In this document: positions 62,724 through 64,000 of the stretch, piece after piece
Layout: each line of letters begins with the position of its first letter
Position numbering within the stretch: position 1 is the stretch's first letter
Source of the DNA: an uncultured Chloroflexia bacterium
GTDB lineage: Bacteria > Chloroflexota > Chloroflexia > QHBQ01 > JADMIH01
Assembly (NCBI GenBank): GCA_963797095.1
Contig: CAWCNY010000005.1
Coordinates: 1-64,000, forward strand
Direction: 5' to 3'
DNA length: 64,000 nucleotides
Translations under genes and position numbers: made by a program
Notes under the pieces: model-generated
What the model was told of the DNA's origin: nothing
Databases searched by the model: none
The model's input: only the letters and a program-made list of their open reading frames with translations

Positions 62724-63090
62724 TAATCCAAGAAACGCTTGCAGTTCATCATAAATGCTCTCATGCTGCTCCAGCCACGGCCAATGTCCGCATTCATTCA
62801 AGAATGATAATCGCGCCTGTGGGATCCACTCCTTCAAGGTGAATGCCTGCGTGATCGGTTCGAAATCCTGGTACCGGTAGACGATCAAAGTTGGGGCTTG
62901 CCATGCTCCTATCTTATCCCAGCCCCTGAACTCGCCCAGCGTGCCTATAACTGACCGCTCAATCCGGGCTATCTTGTGGGTGATCCCCACTTGCTCCAGG
63001 TACTCAGAGCGATATGCCCTTGCCTTTGCGGGGTCGTAAAACTGCACCCGAAAGATGATCGACATCAGCTGCCGATAAAGCTCGCCGTAT
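62724..63090 (-). pseudogene. alpha/beta hydrolase C-terminal remnant
   Basis: APTLIV..QD..IPQARL..CGHWPWLEQ; N-terminal half with the nucleophile is missing. Confidence 0.7.
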
Positions 63091-63119
63091 CTACCCCGGC
63101 TTGGTCTTGCCTATGCCCA

Positions 63120-63746
63120 GCTGTTCAAACTCCCCCTCCAATAGGTTGTAGATCGGTTTCCAATAAACTCCGGTCAATTCCATGGCCACTGCTGTCACAC
63201 TGTTGGCCATGAGCCAGTCTGACAACTGCAGCAGGTCATTAGTCATGGTACCGAAACTCCTGACTTCCTTATGAGGCAAAGGCAGTTCCTGTTTATTAGA
63301 GTTCGGCGTGATAAGACAAGCCACTACTGTCTTCTTGTGTATGTCCAATCCACAACAGCGCTCATAAACCACTTGCATAGCAGATACCTCCTGTCCGGTT
63401 GCCTGATTACTTGTCTGTTTAGTTGCTTGCAAGACAACTGAGCATGGTGTCCACCTATTAGTAGAATCTGCTCTACGTGCTTCCCTTCAGGTTACCAGGG
63501 TTACCAGGCTTATCAAACTTGTTACAGTTACCCGGATACGCCGAGTAGTAGCTGTCGGGAGCAACAATCAACGGTGCCTTAGGACACCAGGGTCAAACTC
63601 CTCCTGCGGGCTCGCGGCAGCAAAGCTGCATGCACCAACGTATCCCGACCTTGTTGCGCTCAGAGTGTCTGGAATATAGCACAGCACGGAGCGCGCCAGC
63701 CCCTCATTTTCATTACACGCTGGTGACCCTCAGGGTCATGGCTGGC
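63120..63746 (-). mobile_element. IS110-family remnant: ~365 bp non-coding left end plus truncated recombinase (start 63378)
   Basis: MQVVYERCCGLDIHKKTVVAC..VAMELTGVYWKPIYNLLEG; ggagg RBS; structured upstream region. Confidence 0.85.
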
Positions 63747-63747
63747 T

Positions 63748-64000
63748 CCCCTGAGAATGCTGCTGGTGATGGACAACCTGGTAGGCCATACCACGCCTGA
63801 CTTGCTGGTGTGGATGTTCCAACGTGGGGTACTGCCCTTATACACCCCGCTGTCCGGGTCATGGCTTAACATGGCAGAATCATTCCAGAGGATAATGAAG
63901 AGGCGGGCATTGGAGGGACAACACCCGCAAACGCCGGAAGAGATCATCGAGTGGCTGGAAGCCACAGCACGAGGGTGGAATACACAGCCAACCCCATTCG
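63748..64000 (+). pseudogene. IS630-like DDE transposase fragment (runs off window)
   Basis: [46 protein letters not shown]. Confidence 0.8.

Overview
This is bacterial chromosomal DNA, most likely from a Chloroflexota/Chloroflexia organism (inferred from FPETG-type repeat proteins, Cys-insert SLH domains and Chloroflexi-style Rhs/IS families). Bases 1-5857 are a decayed mobile-element island: a MITE-like inverted repeat, an rve-type IS, an Rhs fragment, IS3 and IS110 remnants and the 5' part of a group II intron. The island ends in a Tn5053/Tn7-like transposon end. The intron sits exactly in one of that end's transposase-binding repeats, and its EBS1 is complementary to the repeat core. A proteasome-beta-like Ntn hydrolase and a tyrosine recombinase follow. 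Most of the rest is housekeeping or metabolic: CoA-transferase, two-component system with CopCD, ABC exporter, plsY, Mo-hydroxylase operon, rodA, gatC/gatA, a cyclase-STAND-TPR protein, tRNA-fMet, pepF, rpsT, holA, 6S RNA and secreted surface proteins. It is interrupted by ISAzo13, IS66, ISAs1, IS110 and IS630 elements. All three ISAs1-type ends in the window lie 16-18 bp upstream of a sigma70-like -35 box, suggesting promoter-targeted insertion. No CRISPR array was found. All calls come from reading the sequence; no searches were run.
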